From NCBI GenBank assembly GCA_028280735.1, contig JANQLH010000101.1, positions 1 to 57,553 on the forward strand: a stretch of 57,553 bases of DNA, given 5' to 3'. Position 1 is the stretch's first letter, and each line of letters opens with the position of its first letter. This document shows positions 12,040 to 20,927 of this stretch, piece by piece. The notes below the pieces were generated by a model. That model saw only the letters and a list, made by a program, of their open reading frames with translations. It ran no database searches and was not told the DNA's origin. The position numbers were made by a program, and so were the translations under genes. The stretch is from SAR324 cluster bacterium. Its GTDB lineage: Bacteria > SAR324 > XYD2-FULL-50-16.

Positions 12040-12343
12040 GTGCCTGAACGAAAACCAACTTAACCCATACCAATAAAAGTTTTTAAAAGCAGCTTGTTTC
12101 TTCGAAGTTCACACTTTCAGCATTTAGTGATCAGTTCTCAGCCGGTTTTTTACTTACAATAGTTATGTCTTCAACTGAACGCTAAAGTTTGCCGCTTTCA
12201 GCGTTCAGCAATCAGCTAGCTATTCCTCTGATATTTTATATTTTGAGCTGAATGCTGAAAGCTGACAGCATGCCTAACCTCAAGATGAATCTGTATGATT
12301 GCATAAAAACAGAATAGGGATATATGGGTTTTCGTTCAGGCAC
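12040..12343. mobile_element. MITE-like non-coding element with 17-bp terminal inverted repeats
   Basis: GTGCCTGAACGAAAACC (12040-12056) and its exact reverse complement GGTTTTCGTTCAGGCAC (12327-12343); internal 7-nt-period TCAGC/GCTGA inverted arrays; no ORF in the track. Confidence 0.6.
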
Positions 12344-12473
12344 TAATCAAAGAATGATCGAAAGCAATAGGCAGTTGACGGCAATTCTGTTAATATGGGC
12401 GTTTTAGTTGAACACAGCTTAACGACAAAGGTTTTGAGTTGAGAGAAAGTAATTTAGTTGGAAACCGGTTGCT

Positions 12474-13826
12474 ATGAAAAGGCGAGTATATATAGAAACC
12501 ATGGGCTGTTCCAAGAATCGGGTTGATTCCGAAATCATGCTGGCCAGTCTGCTTAATGATCAATTCCTCTATGAGGGGACAATTGACAATGCTGACATCA
12601 TCATAGTGAATACCTGTGGTTTTCTCTCCAGCGCGGTTAGCGAGTCAATTGAACGCATTCTTGAATTGTCGGAGTTCAAGGAAAAGGGGAACTGCAGTAT
12701 GTTACTAGCCGTCGGCTGCATGATCGAGCGCTATAAAGAGACCTTACTGGCTGAAATTCCGGAAATCGATGGTTTGTTGGGAACTTCGGATTACACCAGG
12801 ATTGTGAGTGTAGTTAATAATTTCTATACCAACGAAGAATATAAAACAGATCTAAACCAAAAGCCCCTTTATGCAGAACAGAATTCCGAAGTCAGGCGAG
12901 TCCTGTCCACCCAATACCACGCTTATCTAAAGATAGCAGAAGGTTGTTCTAACAATTGTTCCTTCTGCAATATCCCCCGGTTGAGAGGGCGGCAGGTCAG
13001 CCGCTCCATGGAAAGCATCAGGGATGAGTTTGCATTGCTGATCTCAAGCGGAATAAAAGAGATTAATCTGATATCCCAGGACTGTTCATCTTATGGCTAC
13101 GACCTGGATAAGTCTCAGCGACTGCTGGAACTGGTTCACCACTTGTTGGAATCAACAACGGATGATTTCTGGTTAAGGATTTTCTATACCTATCCCAATC
13201 GTTACCCTGTGGAATTGTTCGAGTTGATGAACCAGGATCACAGGTTGGTTTCTTATGTTGATTTTCCTTTTCAGCATATTTCGGATCCAGTCTTAAAGGC
13301 GATGAACCGCAAAATCTCTCGCAAAAGGCTCGAAGAGCTTGTGGATACTGCCATGACGACAGTTGATTCAATCGCCTTGAGATCCACATTCATTGTCGGA
13401 TTTCCCAATGAAACAGAAAAGGACTTTCAAGAATTGCTTGAGTTTGTAGAAAAAGGTTACTTCAGTCACGTAGGTGTTTTTGTTTATTCACATGAGGACA
13501 ATATCGACTCCTTTCAGATGGGAGACCGAATACCGAGTGAAGTAAAGCATCAGCGAAGGGATTTGTTGATGGAGGCTCAACAACGCGTTTCGCTTCAAAA
13601 AAACCGGGCGATGGTTGGTCAAACTCAAAAAGTTCTGGTAGAAGGTGAATATGAAGAGACAGAACTGCTAATGAAGGGGCGAAACCAGTTCCAGGGAGTT
13701 GAAATTGATGGTCTGGTGTTAATTAATGAAGGAACGGCTCAAATCGGCCGGTTTAACCCGGTTGAAATCACTGAAGCTCACCCCTATGACTTGATCGGAA
13801 GAATTATTGAACAACCTAAGAAATGA
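12474..13826 (+). CDS. rimO: Ribosomal protein S12 methylthiotransferase
   Basis: GCSKNRVDSE, NTCGFL, CSNNCSFC radical SAM motif, C-terminal TRAM-like domain. Confidence 0.93.
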   Translation: MKRRVYIETMGCSKNRVDSEIMLASLLNDQFLYEGTIDNADIIIVNTCGFLSSAVSESIERILELSEFKEKGNCSMLLAVGCMIERYKETLLAEIPEIDGLLGTSDYTRIVSVVNNFYTNEEYKTDLNQKPLYAEQNSEVRRVLSTQYHAYLKIAEGCSNNCSFCNIPRLRGRQVSRSMESIRDEFALLISSGIKEINLISQDCSSYGYDLDKSQRLLELVHHLLESTTDDFWLRIFYTYPNRYPVELFELMNQDHRLVSYVDFPFQHISDPVLKAMNRKISRKRLEELVDTAMTTVDSIALRSTFIVGFPNETEKDFQELLEFVEKGYFSHVGVFVYSHEDNIDSFQMGDRIPSEVKHQRRDLLMEAQQRVSLQKNRAMVGQTQKVLVEGEYEETELLMKGRNQFQGVEIDGLVLINEGTAQIGRFNPVEITEAHPYDLIGRIIEQPKK

Positions 13827-13835
13827 AACTACAAT

Positions 13836-14594
13836 ATGGCGGGTCACAATAAATGGAGCAGCATCAAGCATAAAAAGGGTGCTGCAGATGCAAAACGAAG
13901 TAAAGTTTTCACCAAGGTAATTAAGGAAATAACAGTTGCTGCCAGATTGGGTGGTGGTGATCCCAACGCAAATCCCCGTTTGCGTTCTGCAATCGCCCTG
14001 GCAAAATCGGTCAATATGCCAAATGACAATGTCACCAAAGCCGTTAAAAAAGGGGTTGGAGGTGATAAAAGCGAAAACTGGGAAACGATTGTATACGAAG
14101 GGTATGGACCTCATAATGTTGCCGTTATTGTCGAATGCCTCACCGATAACAAAAACAGAACTATTTCATCGGTTCGGGCCGCGTTTAGCAAAAACAACGG
14201 AAACATCGGAGCTTCCAATTCTGTCATGTACATGTTTGATCGCAAAGGATTGATTGAGGTAGAGAAGAGCAGTATTGATGAAGAATCCCTGACTGAACAC
14301 ATTCTGGAAGGAGGTGCCGAAGATATCGATGCATCAGGAGATGAAGTCTACCTGGTTGAAACAGATCCTTCAGAATTAGGTAATGTCCATCGATACCTGG
14401 AGGAAAACGGAGTCGAAGTAAAAACCTCCAGTATAGACCTAATTCCCCAAAATAAGATTGAAATTACCGAAGTCAACAAGGCGCAGCAGGTAATAAAATT
14501 TATTGACGCCCTGGAAGACGACGATGATGTCCAAAAGGTATTCAGTAATTTTGATATCAGTGACCCTGTTTTAGCTGAGCTGAACCAGCAGTAA
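13836..14594 (+). CDS. yebC: YebC/PmpR family protein
   Basis: MAGHNKWSSIKHKK, YEGYGP, LTDNKNRT, LEDDDDVQKV. Confidence 0.96.
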   Translation: MAGHNKWSSIKHKKGAADAKRSKVFTKVIKEITVAARLGGGDPNANPRLRSAIALAKSVNMPNDNVTKAVKKGVGGDKSENWETIVYEGYGPHNVAVIVECLTDNKNRTISSVRAAFSKNNGNIGASNSVMYMFDRKGLIEVEKSSIDEESLTEHILEGGAEDIDASGDEVYLVETDPSELGNVHRYLEENGVEVKTSSIDLIPQNKIEITEVNKAQQVIKFIDALEDDDDVQKVFSNFDISDPVLAELNQQ

Positions 14595-14677
14595 CAACAC
14601 TTTTTATTGAGTTTAAGGCGCATCCAAGGTTATTTAACGCATCGATCAATGGGGATAGCATAAAAAGCGATACAATC

Positions 14678-15172
14678 ATAAGGATCATCGGTATTGATCC
14701 GGGAACCAGGTATACGGGAATAGGAATTATAGACCGTTTAGGCAACAAGCTTAAATGCGTGCACAGCAAGACAATCGTCACCGTCAATGAAAAAAAACTG
14801 GATCGCAAACTAGCTGTTATATTCAAACACATTTCCGAGGTAGTTGAAGTATTCAACCCGACCACAGCTGCAATCGAAAAAGTCTTTCACTCGGTTAATC
14901 CCAAGTCTTCCTTATTGTTAGGACACGCGAGAGGTGTATCGATGCTGGCACTAAGTTTGTGCGGGATCGACGTCAACGAATATGCTCCCAATGAAGTGAA
15001 ATCAGCCGTGACGGGTGTTGGCAGGGCTGATAAAGCGCAGGTTGCGTCCATGGTGCAGGTACTTTTAAATTTGGACCGCAGTGTCAAAATGAAAGAGGAT
15101 GAAACAGACGCACTGGCAATAGCGATTTGTCATGCCAATACTCAGAGTTTTAATCTCAAGAAAATAGGATAA
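14678..15172 (+). CDS. ruvC: Crossover junction endodeoxyribonuclease RuvC (start uncertain, non-canonical)
   Basis: In-frame (I)RIIGIDPGTRYTG upstream of the ORF-track GTG at 14759; AIE, LGHARG, EYAPNEVKSAVTGVGRADK, DETDALAIAICH. Confidence 0.93.
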   Translation: MRIIGIDPGTRYTGIGIIDRLGNKLKCVHSKTIVTVNEKKLDRKLAVIFKHISEVVEVFNPTTAAIEKVFHSVNPKSSLLLGHARGVSMLALSLCGIDVNEYAPNEVKSAVTGVGRADKAQVASMVQVLLNLDRSVKMKEDETDALAIAICHANTQSFNLKKIG

Positions 15173-15187
15173 AAAAAGGAACCCAGC

Positions 15188-15817
15188 ATGATTTCCTGGC
15201 TTAGAGGACGTGTAATGAACGTCGAAGGAAACGAAGTAACGATCAATACAGGTAACATCGGCTATTGTGTTTACCTGGGCGAAAACCGACTTTTGGAAAT
15301 GGGAATCCAGAAGGATCAGGAAGTTGAGCTGGTTGTTTATACAATAGTACGAGAGGATGATATCCGCTTGTTCGGTTTTGATTCATTTCTCAATCGAACC
15401 ATTTTTAGTGTCATGCTTGGTGTTAGTGGAATTGGGCCAAAAGCCGCAATTAGTATTGTGGACAACCTGGAACCGACCCAAGTTGTCACCGCTATTCAAC
15501 ATGGTGATTACAATCCTTTTTTAAGCATAAGCGGTATCGGCAAAAAAACCGCTCAACGAATTGTTTTGGATCTTCAAGGTAAGCTGGATACTAATCTGAA
15601 AGAGATGGTAGCTGATAATGCCACTGCTCCTGAACCTGCAAACCGGAAAACCGGCGAGACGGTTTCGCAGTTTAAGATTTTGGAAGATGCCAAATCAGCT
15701 TTGTCAAACCTGGGATTCACAGAGCGAGAAGCTGACAAGGTACTCAAACAGCATATCAAATCGGGTTTAAGCCTGGATGAAATCATCAGGAAATCTCTTG
15801 CCGAACTAAGACAGTAA
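15188..15817 (+). CDS. ruvA: Holliday junction branch migration protein RuvA
   Basis: VREDDIRLFGF, VSGIGPKAA, GIGKKTAQRI, ALSNLGF. Confidence 0.95.
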   Translation: MISWLRGRVMNVEGNEVTINTGNIGYCVYLGENRLLEMGIQKDQEVELVVYTIVREDDIRLFGFDSFLNRTIFSVMLGVSGIGPKAAISIVDNLEPTQVVTAIQHGDYNPFLSISGIGKKTAQRIVLDLQGKLDTNLKEMVADNATAPEPANRKTGETVSQFKILEDAKSALSNLGFTEREADKVLKQHIKSGLSLDEIIRKSLAELRQ

Positions 15818-15896
15818 TATGTATGAGTAACAAACCGGATAGATACAGACTTGTTTTTATCGATCAGACAGGAAATTAATCAAAAGAGGAAACGTT

Positions 15897-16388
15897 ATGG
15901 GAAATCTGAATAAAGTGCTCCTGATAGGGAGGCTAGGGCAAGAACCAGAGAAACGAATCACCCCGACGGGTCAGTCTGTGGTGAATACCAGCCTTGCAAC
16001 TACTGAATATTACAAAGACAAGTCAGGTAACAGGCAGGAACGGACAGAATGGCACAAAGTCGTCTTTTGGAATCGGCAGGCAGAGATTGTAGAACAGTAT
16101 TGTCGAAAAGGATCACAGCTTTTTTTGGAAGGAAGCCTGCAAACAAGAGACTGGCAAGACAAAGACGGTAATAAAAGATATACAACCGAAATCATTGTGC
16201 GAAATCTGCAGATGTTGGATTCAAAAGGTCAGGGTGCCGGAGGCGGAATGCAAAACAATCAGCAATCCAATAATCAATTTGATCCATACAGCTCACCGGC
16301 TCCTTCGTTTCAGAATCAAGAACCTGCCCCCGGCGGATCAGGGCCCGTTGGGAATGATGACTTTATTGAAGATGATATTCCCTTTTAA
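15897..16388 (+). CDS. ssb: Single-stranded DNA-binding protein
   Basis: LNKVLLIGRLG, TEWHKVV, C-terminal DDIPF. Confidence 0.97.
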   Translation: MGNLNKVLLIGRLGQEPEKRITPTGQSVVNTSLATTEYYKDKSGNRQERTEWHKVVFWNRQAEIVEQYCRKGSQLFLEGSLQTRDWQDKDGNKRYTTEIIVRNLQMLDSKGQGAGGGMQNNQQSNNQFDPYSSPAPSFQNQEPAPGGSGPVGNDDFIEDDIPF

Positions 16389-16458
16389 GCAAGTGCATCA
16401 CTCACTATTGCATAACATATCAACACATCGATCTGTTAACAGCATTTGAATAATGCAA

Positions 16459-16492
16459 AGAAGAGATTCTGCAATAAAGGAGAGTCTCTTCT
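16459..16492. terminator. Hairpin between convergent ssb and miaA
   Basis: AGAAGAGATTCT ... AGAGTCTCTTCT, 12-bp stem with one mismatch. Confidence 0.45.
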
Positions 16493-16512
16493 GACAGACC
16501 TGCCGCCTGATT

Positions 16513-17424
16513 CTAAGCACCATTCCTTAACCATTGGTCAACACGTTCATTTAGTTGATCATAATGTTGAATGGGAATCATATTATGTCCGCTTTTCTCC
16601 ATGTATCGAATAAACGTCATTTGCCTTTTGGCAAATCTGGAAATTTCGACGGCTAGCTTCTCTATTAGCTGATTTTCAGAAAGCTCCCCTTTAATGTACC
16701 GGGAAAGGAACTTGTATTCCAACCCATACCTTTCCAATCGTGAATGAGACAGCCCCCGCGCGAGCAGCTCTTTTGTTTCCTTTATCATCCCTTCGTTCAA
16801 TCGTTGAATCAGACGGGTTTTAATTCTTGCTTTTAGTTCGTCGCGATCGGGCATCGTATAAAAGATGTGATAATCGAAGGTCGAACTGAAAGAAGGAAAG
16901 CTGGAGGGTGATTTTTGGGTTCTGGTTTTTTTTTCAATAGCCCTTGCCATTCTGCGTTTACTATCGCTTTCCCAATGATGGTTTTCCCACAAGCCTAAAT
17001 CCTTAAGCTTTTGATAAAGATAATCCAAAGGTTTTGCTTCCAATTGAAGGGTATATTCCAAGTCTGATTTTTCATGAGTAAATTGATAGTCTTCGATCAG
17101 AGATTTTATATAATGACCGGTTCCTCCGCAAAGAATTGGAATGACGGATCTGGACTTAAGCTCAAGCAAAACCCGCCAGGCCATTTCTTGAAAATCGGAA
17201 ACCGAGAACTCTTCTCCGGCCTCGACCACATCAATCAAATGATACGATACATCTCCATACTCATCGAGATCCTTGCCGGTTCCAATATCCATCGATCTAA
17301 AAACCTGTCGACTATCAGCAGAAATAATTTCGCCACCTATCCTGGTTGCCAGTTTCACAGCCATGTGAGTTTTACCGGAGGCTGTGGGGCCCATTAAAAT
17401 GACGGCCTTGGGTTTTATCATCAT
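16513..17424 (-). CDS. miaA: tRNA dimethylallyltransferase
   Basis: GPTASGKT, EIISADSRQV, DIGTGK, GGTGHY, FAKRQMT. Confidence 0.95.
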   Translation of the reverse strand: MMIKPKAVILMGPTASGKTHMAVKLATRIGGEIISADSRQVFRSMDIGTGKDLDEYGDVSYHLIDVVEAGEEFSVSDFQEMAWRVLLELKSRSVIPILCGGTGHYIKSLIEDYQFTHEKSDLEYTLQLEAKPLDYLYQKLKDLGLWENHHWESDSKRRMARAIEKKTRTQKSPSSFPSFSSTFDYHIFYTMPDRDELKARIKTRLIQRLNEGMIKETKELLARGLSHSRLERYGLEYKFLSRYIKGELSENQLIEKLAVEISRFAKRQMTFIRYMEKSGHNMIPIQHYDQLNERVDQWLRNGA

Positions 17425-17451
17425 TCGAAAAGTTCAGGCAAATATTGTCCA

Positions 17452-17467
17452 TGTTCCACGTGAAACA
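17452..17467. other. parS: parS centromere-like site
   Basis: TGTTCCACGTGAAACA matches the consensus TGTTNCACGTGAAACA; intergenic. Confidence 0.85.
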
Positions 17468-17542
17468 CAACAAGCCAGTTTATGTAATCTGATTAGAATA
17501 ATCAGAAGTTTGCATAGATCGAAAAAAGGAGGGAGACCATGA

Positions 17543-20488
17543 TTAAGATTGCGGACGACGAAGGCTGCGTGCCAGGAGTTGATAGCGTTCATTTATTTTC
17601 GGATCTTGAAGGGTCTCCTTTTCATCGATTCGTTTCCAATACTTCTGCGCTTCGGAAATTCGTTTAAACTCCACAAGAATTTCACAAACTCTGATCAAGT
17701 TATGAAGTTTCTCTGTTTCCGTGGTGTTGGGCAGATAGTAGTGTCTCAACAGCGATTTTATTGAACTGTCCGGTCGTCCTTTAATAAAGTCTATCTCTGC
17801 TCTCAATTTCAAGGCTTCCGGATACGATACTGAATGGCGAAAACGATTCGGGTCTCCCAGTTCTACATCAGCCGTGTCAAACTCCTTCAGGTTTACAAGA
17901 TTGTTTACCAGCAGTATTTGGGTGTTCTCTTTTATTTCTTTGTCCAGATCTTTGGAGATCAAAATAGTCGATCGTTGGTGAGATTCAACGTAATCACCCT
18001 TCATAAAATACGATTGAGCTAGCACGAACTCCATCTCTCGCAGGCGGTACTGATTATCCGTTAAGGATATTTCCGCTTGGTATTTTTCAATCACCTCTTC
18101 TTCTTTTCTTACCTGGTTACCACAAAAGCCAAAGAGCAATAACCTGTCCCGTTGTTGAACCGAACTCTCTGCATTATCCTCATCCTTGGCGAGCTCGAAA
18201 CATTGGGAAAAAGACTGGTTGTCAAAATGCAACTCAATTCGTTTCAGTTTTACCCGGGGTCTTTGGTAAGCATGAATGGAAACATAAGAAACTAAAATAT
18301 TATCTGCCTTTTCAATGTTCCGTTGTAGCTCGAAATAGTCGACAAGCAATATGGTTAGAGAATAGCGAATGTTATCCGACAGTCTTTTTTTTGCCAGGAT
18401 TGCGTCTGCTTCTTTGACAAAGGATTGATAATCCTTGGAATAATAGGCAATCAACGCGATGTTGTGTTGAATCGCGGTCCTTTGGTGGGGAGTTGATGCT
18501 GTTTTTAACGCTTTGTAAAACTGATTTTTACTTGCTGTAAATTGCTTGAGATAATAATGGGCTTCACCAAGGCGCAAATAAAGCAGAAACCTTTTTGGCG
18601 CATTAAGCGACCGGCCGAGCAAACCGCTTGATTGCGATATGACTTTTTTATGTAACTGGTTTGCCATCCAGACTTCCAAAATCAAATCGATTTGTTCCTC
18701 AGTTTTAAAAGATGCTTGGTTCAGTGTTCTCAAGGCCTGTCGCGGCCGGTTGGTATTAAGCAATGACCTAATTTTAATATCGGTTGTTATACTTGTAACC
18801 GGGGAACTCTTTCTATTTAACAAAGAGAGAGCCTTGTCGAATTTTCGATCGTGATAAAGGGCTTTAATTCCCGCTTCAAATGCCTTGGTATCTCCGACCT
18901 GTTTCCAGAGCTCGAAAAACATCTTGCTCGCTTCCGAGTACTCAGCTGTTTTAGCCAGAACATTTCCATGCATAAACAGCAGATGATTTCTTCTCTCTCT
19001 TGAGAGCTTATTCAGCTGAACATTTTCTATTTCTTTAAGAAAGTCCTGAGTTCGATTTAGGCCATAAAGCGAGTAGAGCAAGTGGTATCTAACCCGAGGA
19101 TGGTTTTTGGGAGGAAGAGAGTATAGCAGCTCTGCAAAATTTCTGCGCGCCTTTTCGCACTCTTTCAATTTGAGATGTGTAAGCCCCAGGTTGTAGTGGG
19201 CAAAATGATATTCGGTACTGTTTACGCCGGCAGATAATGCTTGCAGATAACTTTGCTCAGCTCTTTTATACCTTTTGTTTTGGAAATGGAGGTTCCCCTT
19301 TTTTAAACTGGATTTAAAAACCATTTCCGGAAAATCGTAACGAACGTCTTGTATCGATTTCAAGAGATCCGAATCGGTATTTGCCGGTTCTGCGTTAGTT
19401 TGTATTAAGAAAACAGCAGATTGATAAAACACCGATGATTTGTTGATTCCGGAAAGATGTTTTCCCACTTCCTGCCAGTGGTTTAGCTTGACCAAACATG
19501 CCAGTTGCAAATACCTGGTTTCATCGCTGTCGTCAATCAACGAAAAAGCCAGAGATTTTCTTATTAAGTCGAGGGAATAGGAATACTGGTTGAGAAAGTA
19601 ATACTGCCAGGCTATGGCCCGATTCAATCGTTTTCGATAAGTTAAGTCCGGATTTAGTTTTTGAGCCTGTAGCGTGTTTTCGAGGCTTTTGGCAAATTCC
19701 TTTTGATTAAAGTAGGCGATACTGTTGATTTCATAAAATTTATGAAAATACTTGGCATGTGCAAAACGGTGGAGATCCTTCTTGTTGATGAAATCGCTGG
19801 TGGTTTTCCAGCGACCTAGTGACAACAATGCCATGGCTTGTATCAGACTTACCCGGGCATCCCAGAATGATTCCTCTCTGGAAGTCGAGTATTGCCGGTA
19901 AATTTCTACTATCTCTTGCCATGCCCGGGATTTCCATAAAATAAATGATGCCAGGTAAAAGGATTCCAGCGCGGTGGATGTATGCTGTGCCTCAAATCCG
20001 GCCTTTGCATAAGACAGGGCTGCATCGTGTTGCCCTGTTTTGTATTTGGTCCAGGCCAGCAATAAGGTGGCTTTATCTCCGAATTCACTGGTGGAGGGCA
20101 AGATGGAAATTAGCTTTTCCTCGGCTTTTACATAATCTTGGTTTTGGTATAACAGAAATGCATTTTCCAAGGTTCCTTTTTCCTTGAGAAAAACCTCTGC
20201 CAATCCTCCCAATGATTTGGTTAATCCGCTGGGAGCAATATTGAAAGACGCTTTCTCATCAAACTGTACTGGACTGATTTGAAAGGAGGGAAAGTAGGGC
20301 TCAAGCGATTTGGAAGATCTTAACAGATCATAAATGTGCCTGTTATATGCCGGGAAATGTTGAAGGCCGAATTCTGAAGCTTGAATAATCTGACTATAAG
20401 GCAGAAGTTCCTGGCCTCTTACTCCGAAAAGAGAAAAAACAGCGCTTATCAAAATGGATAAGGGCAGTAATTTATAGAGTTGTATCAT
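17543..20488 (-). CDS. Large exported tetratricopeptide-repeat protein
   Basis: N-terminal hydrophobic signal-like segment; many TPR-like helices (e.g. AHYNLGLTHLKL, LYLRLGEAHYYLKQF). Confidence 0.7.
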   Translation of the reverse strand: MIQLYKLLPLSILISAVFSLFGVRGQELLPYSQIIQASEFGLQHFPAYNRHIYDLLRSSKSLEPYFPSFQISPVQFDEKASFNIAPSGLTKSLGGLAEVFLKEKGTLENAFLLYQNQDYVKAEEKLISILPSTSEFGDKATLLLAWTKYKTGQHDAALSYAKAGFEAQHTSTALESFYLASFILWKSRAWQEIVEIYRQYSTSREESFWDARVSLIQAMALLSLGRWKTTSDFINKKDLHRFAHAKYFHKFYEINSIAYFNQKEFAKSLENTLQAQKLNPDLTYRKRLNRAIAWQYYFLNQYSYSLDLIRKSLAFSLIDDSDETRYLQLACLVKLNHWQEVGKHLSGINKSSVFYQSAVFLIQTNAEPANTDSDLLKSIQDVRYDFPEMVFKSSLKKGNLHFQNKRYKRAEQSYLQALSAGVNSTEYHFAHYNLGLTHLKLKECEKARRNFAELLYSLPPKNHPRVRYHLLYSLYGLNRTQDFLKEIENVQLNKLSRERRNHLLFMHGNVLAKTAEYSEASKMFFELWKQVGDTKAFEAGIKALYHDRKFDKALSLLNRKSSPVTSITTDIKIRSLLNTNRPRQALRTLNQASFKTEEQIDLILEVWMANQLHKKVISQSSGLLGRSLNAPKRFLLYLRLGEAHYYLKQFTASKNQFYKALKTASTPHQRTAIQHNIALIAYYSKDYQSFVKEADAILAKKRLSDNIRYSLTILLVDYFELQRNIEKADNILVSYVSIHAYQRPRVKLKRIELHFDNQSFSQCFELAKDEDNAESSVQQRDRLLLFGFCGNQVRKEEEVIEKYQAEISLTDNQYRLREMEFVLAQSYFMKGDYVESHQRSTILISKDLDKEIKENTQILLVNNLVNLKEFDTADVELGDPNRFRHSVSYPEALKLRAEIDFIKGRPDSSIKSLLRHYYLPNTTETEKLHNLIRVCEILVEFKRISEAQKYWKRIDEKETLQDPKINERYQLLARSLRRPQS

Positions 20489-20570
20489 GCTTTATAGCGT
20501 CTCTGTTGGAGGGAAGATAGTGAAGGTTTTTCTTATGTTTCAGATTTCTATTTACTATGATTGTCATAAA

Positions 20571-20599
20571 TTGACAAATCATCTTACAGTGCCTGTAAT
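20571..20599 (+). promoter_or_regulatory. Putative sigma70 promoter facing kdsA
   Basis: TTGACA-N17-TGTAAT; the -35 overlaps the inverted repeat TTGTCA-N5-TGACAA (20561-20577). Confidence 0.4.
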
Positions 20600-20927
20600 G
20601 GCCTTTAACAACAGTGCTTTTCTGTTTAATCCGTGAAAAATCTCTTGTTGCTAAACCGTGAAACTACGATGTAGCTACTGTCTTTTCCCTTTAGTTTTGG
20701 TTTCATTTCGTTATGACACAGATCATAGAGTGATTTTGTTGGAGGGATATAAAAAATGCAAAACCTCTATAATAGGGCACCGTAAGAGGCAGTCAGGTTA
20801 CATCTTTCACCTGTCGGCAATAGAGAGCGCGATCGAATACTAAAAATAGCCATGCAAGTTATGATCAAAGGTTGTTGTCATTGATGTCATAAGATGGCTT
20901 ATCTACAAATACTCACTCAAAAAGAAA

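Noticed and set aside
20755-20815. Possible c-di-GMP-I riboswitch in the kdsA leader
   Set aside because: Only a partial resemblance (GCAAAACC..GGTTAC); the GNRA-capped stem and conserved junction are missing.
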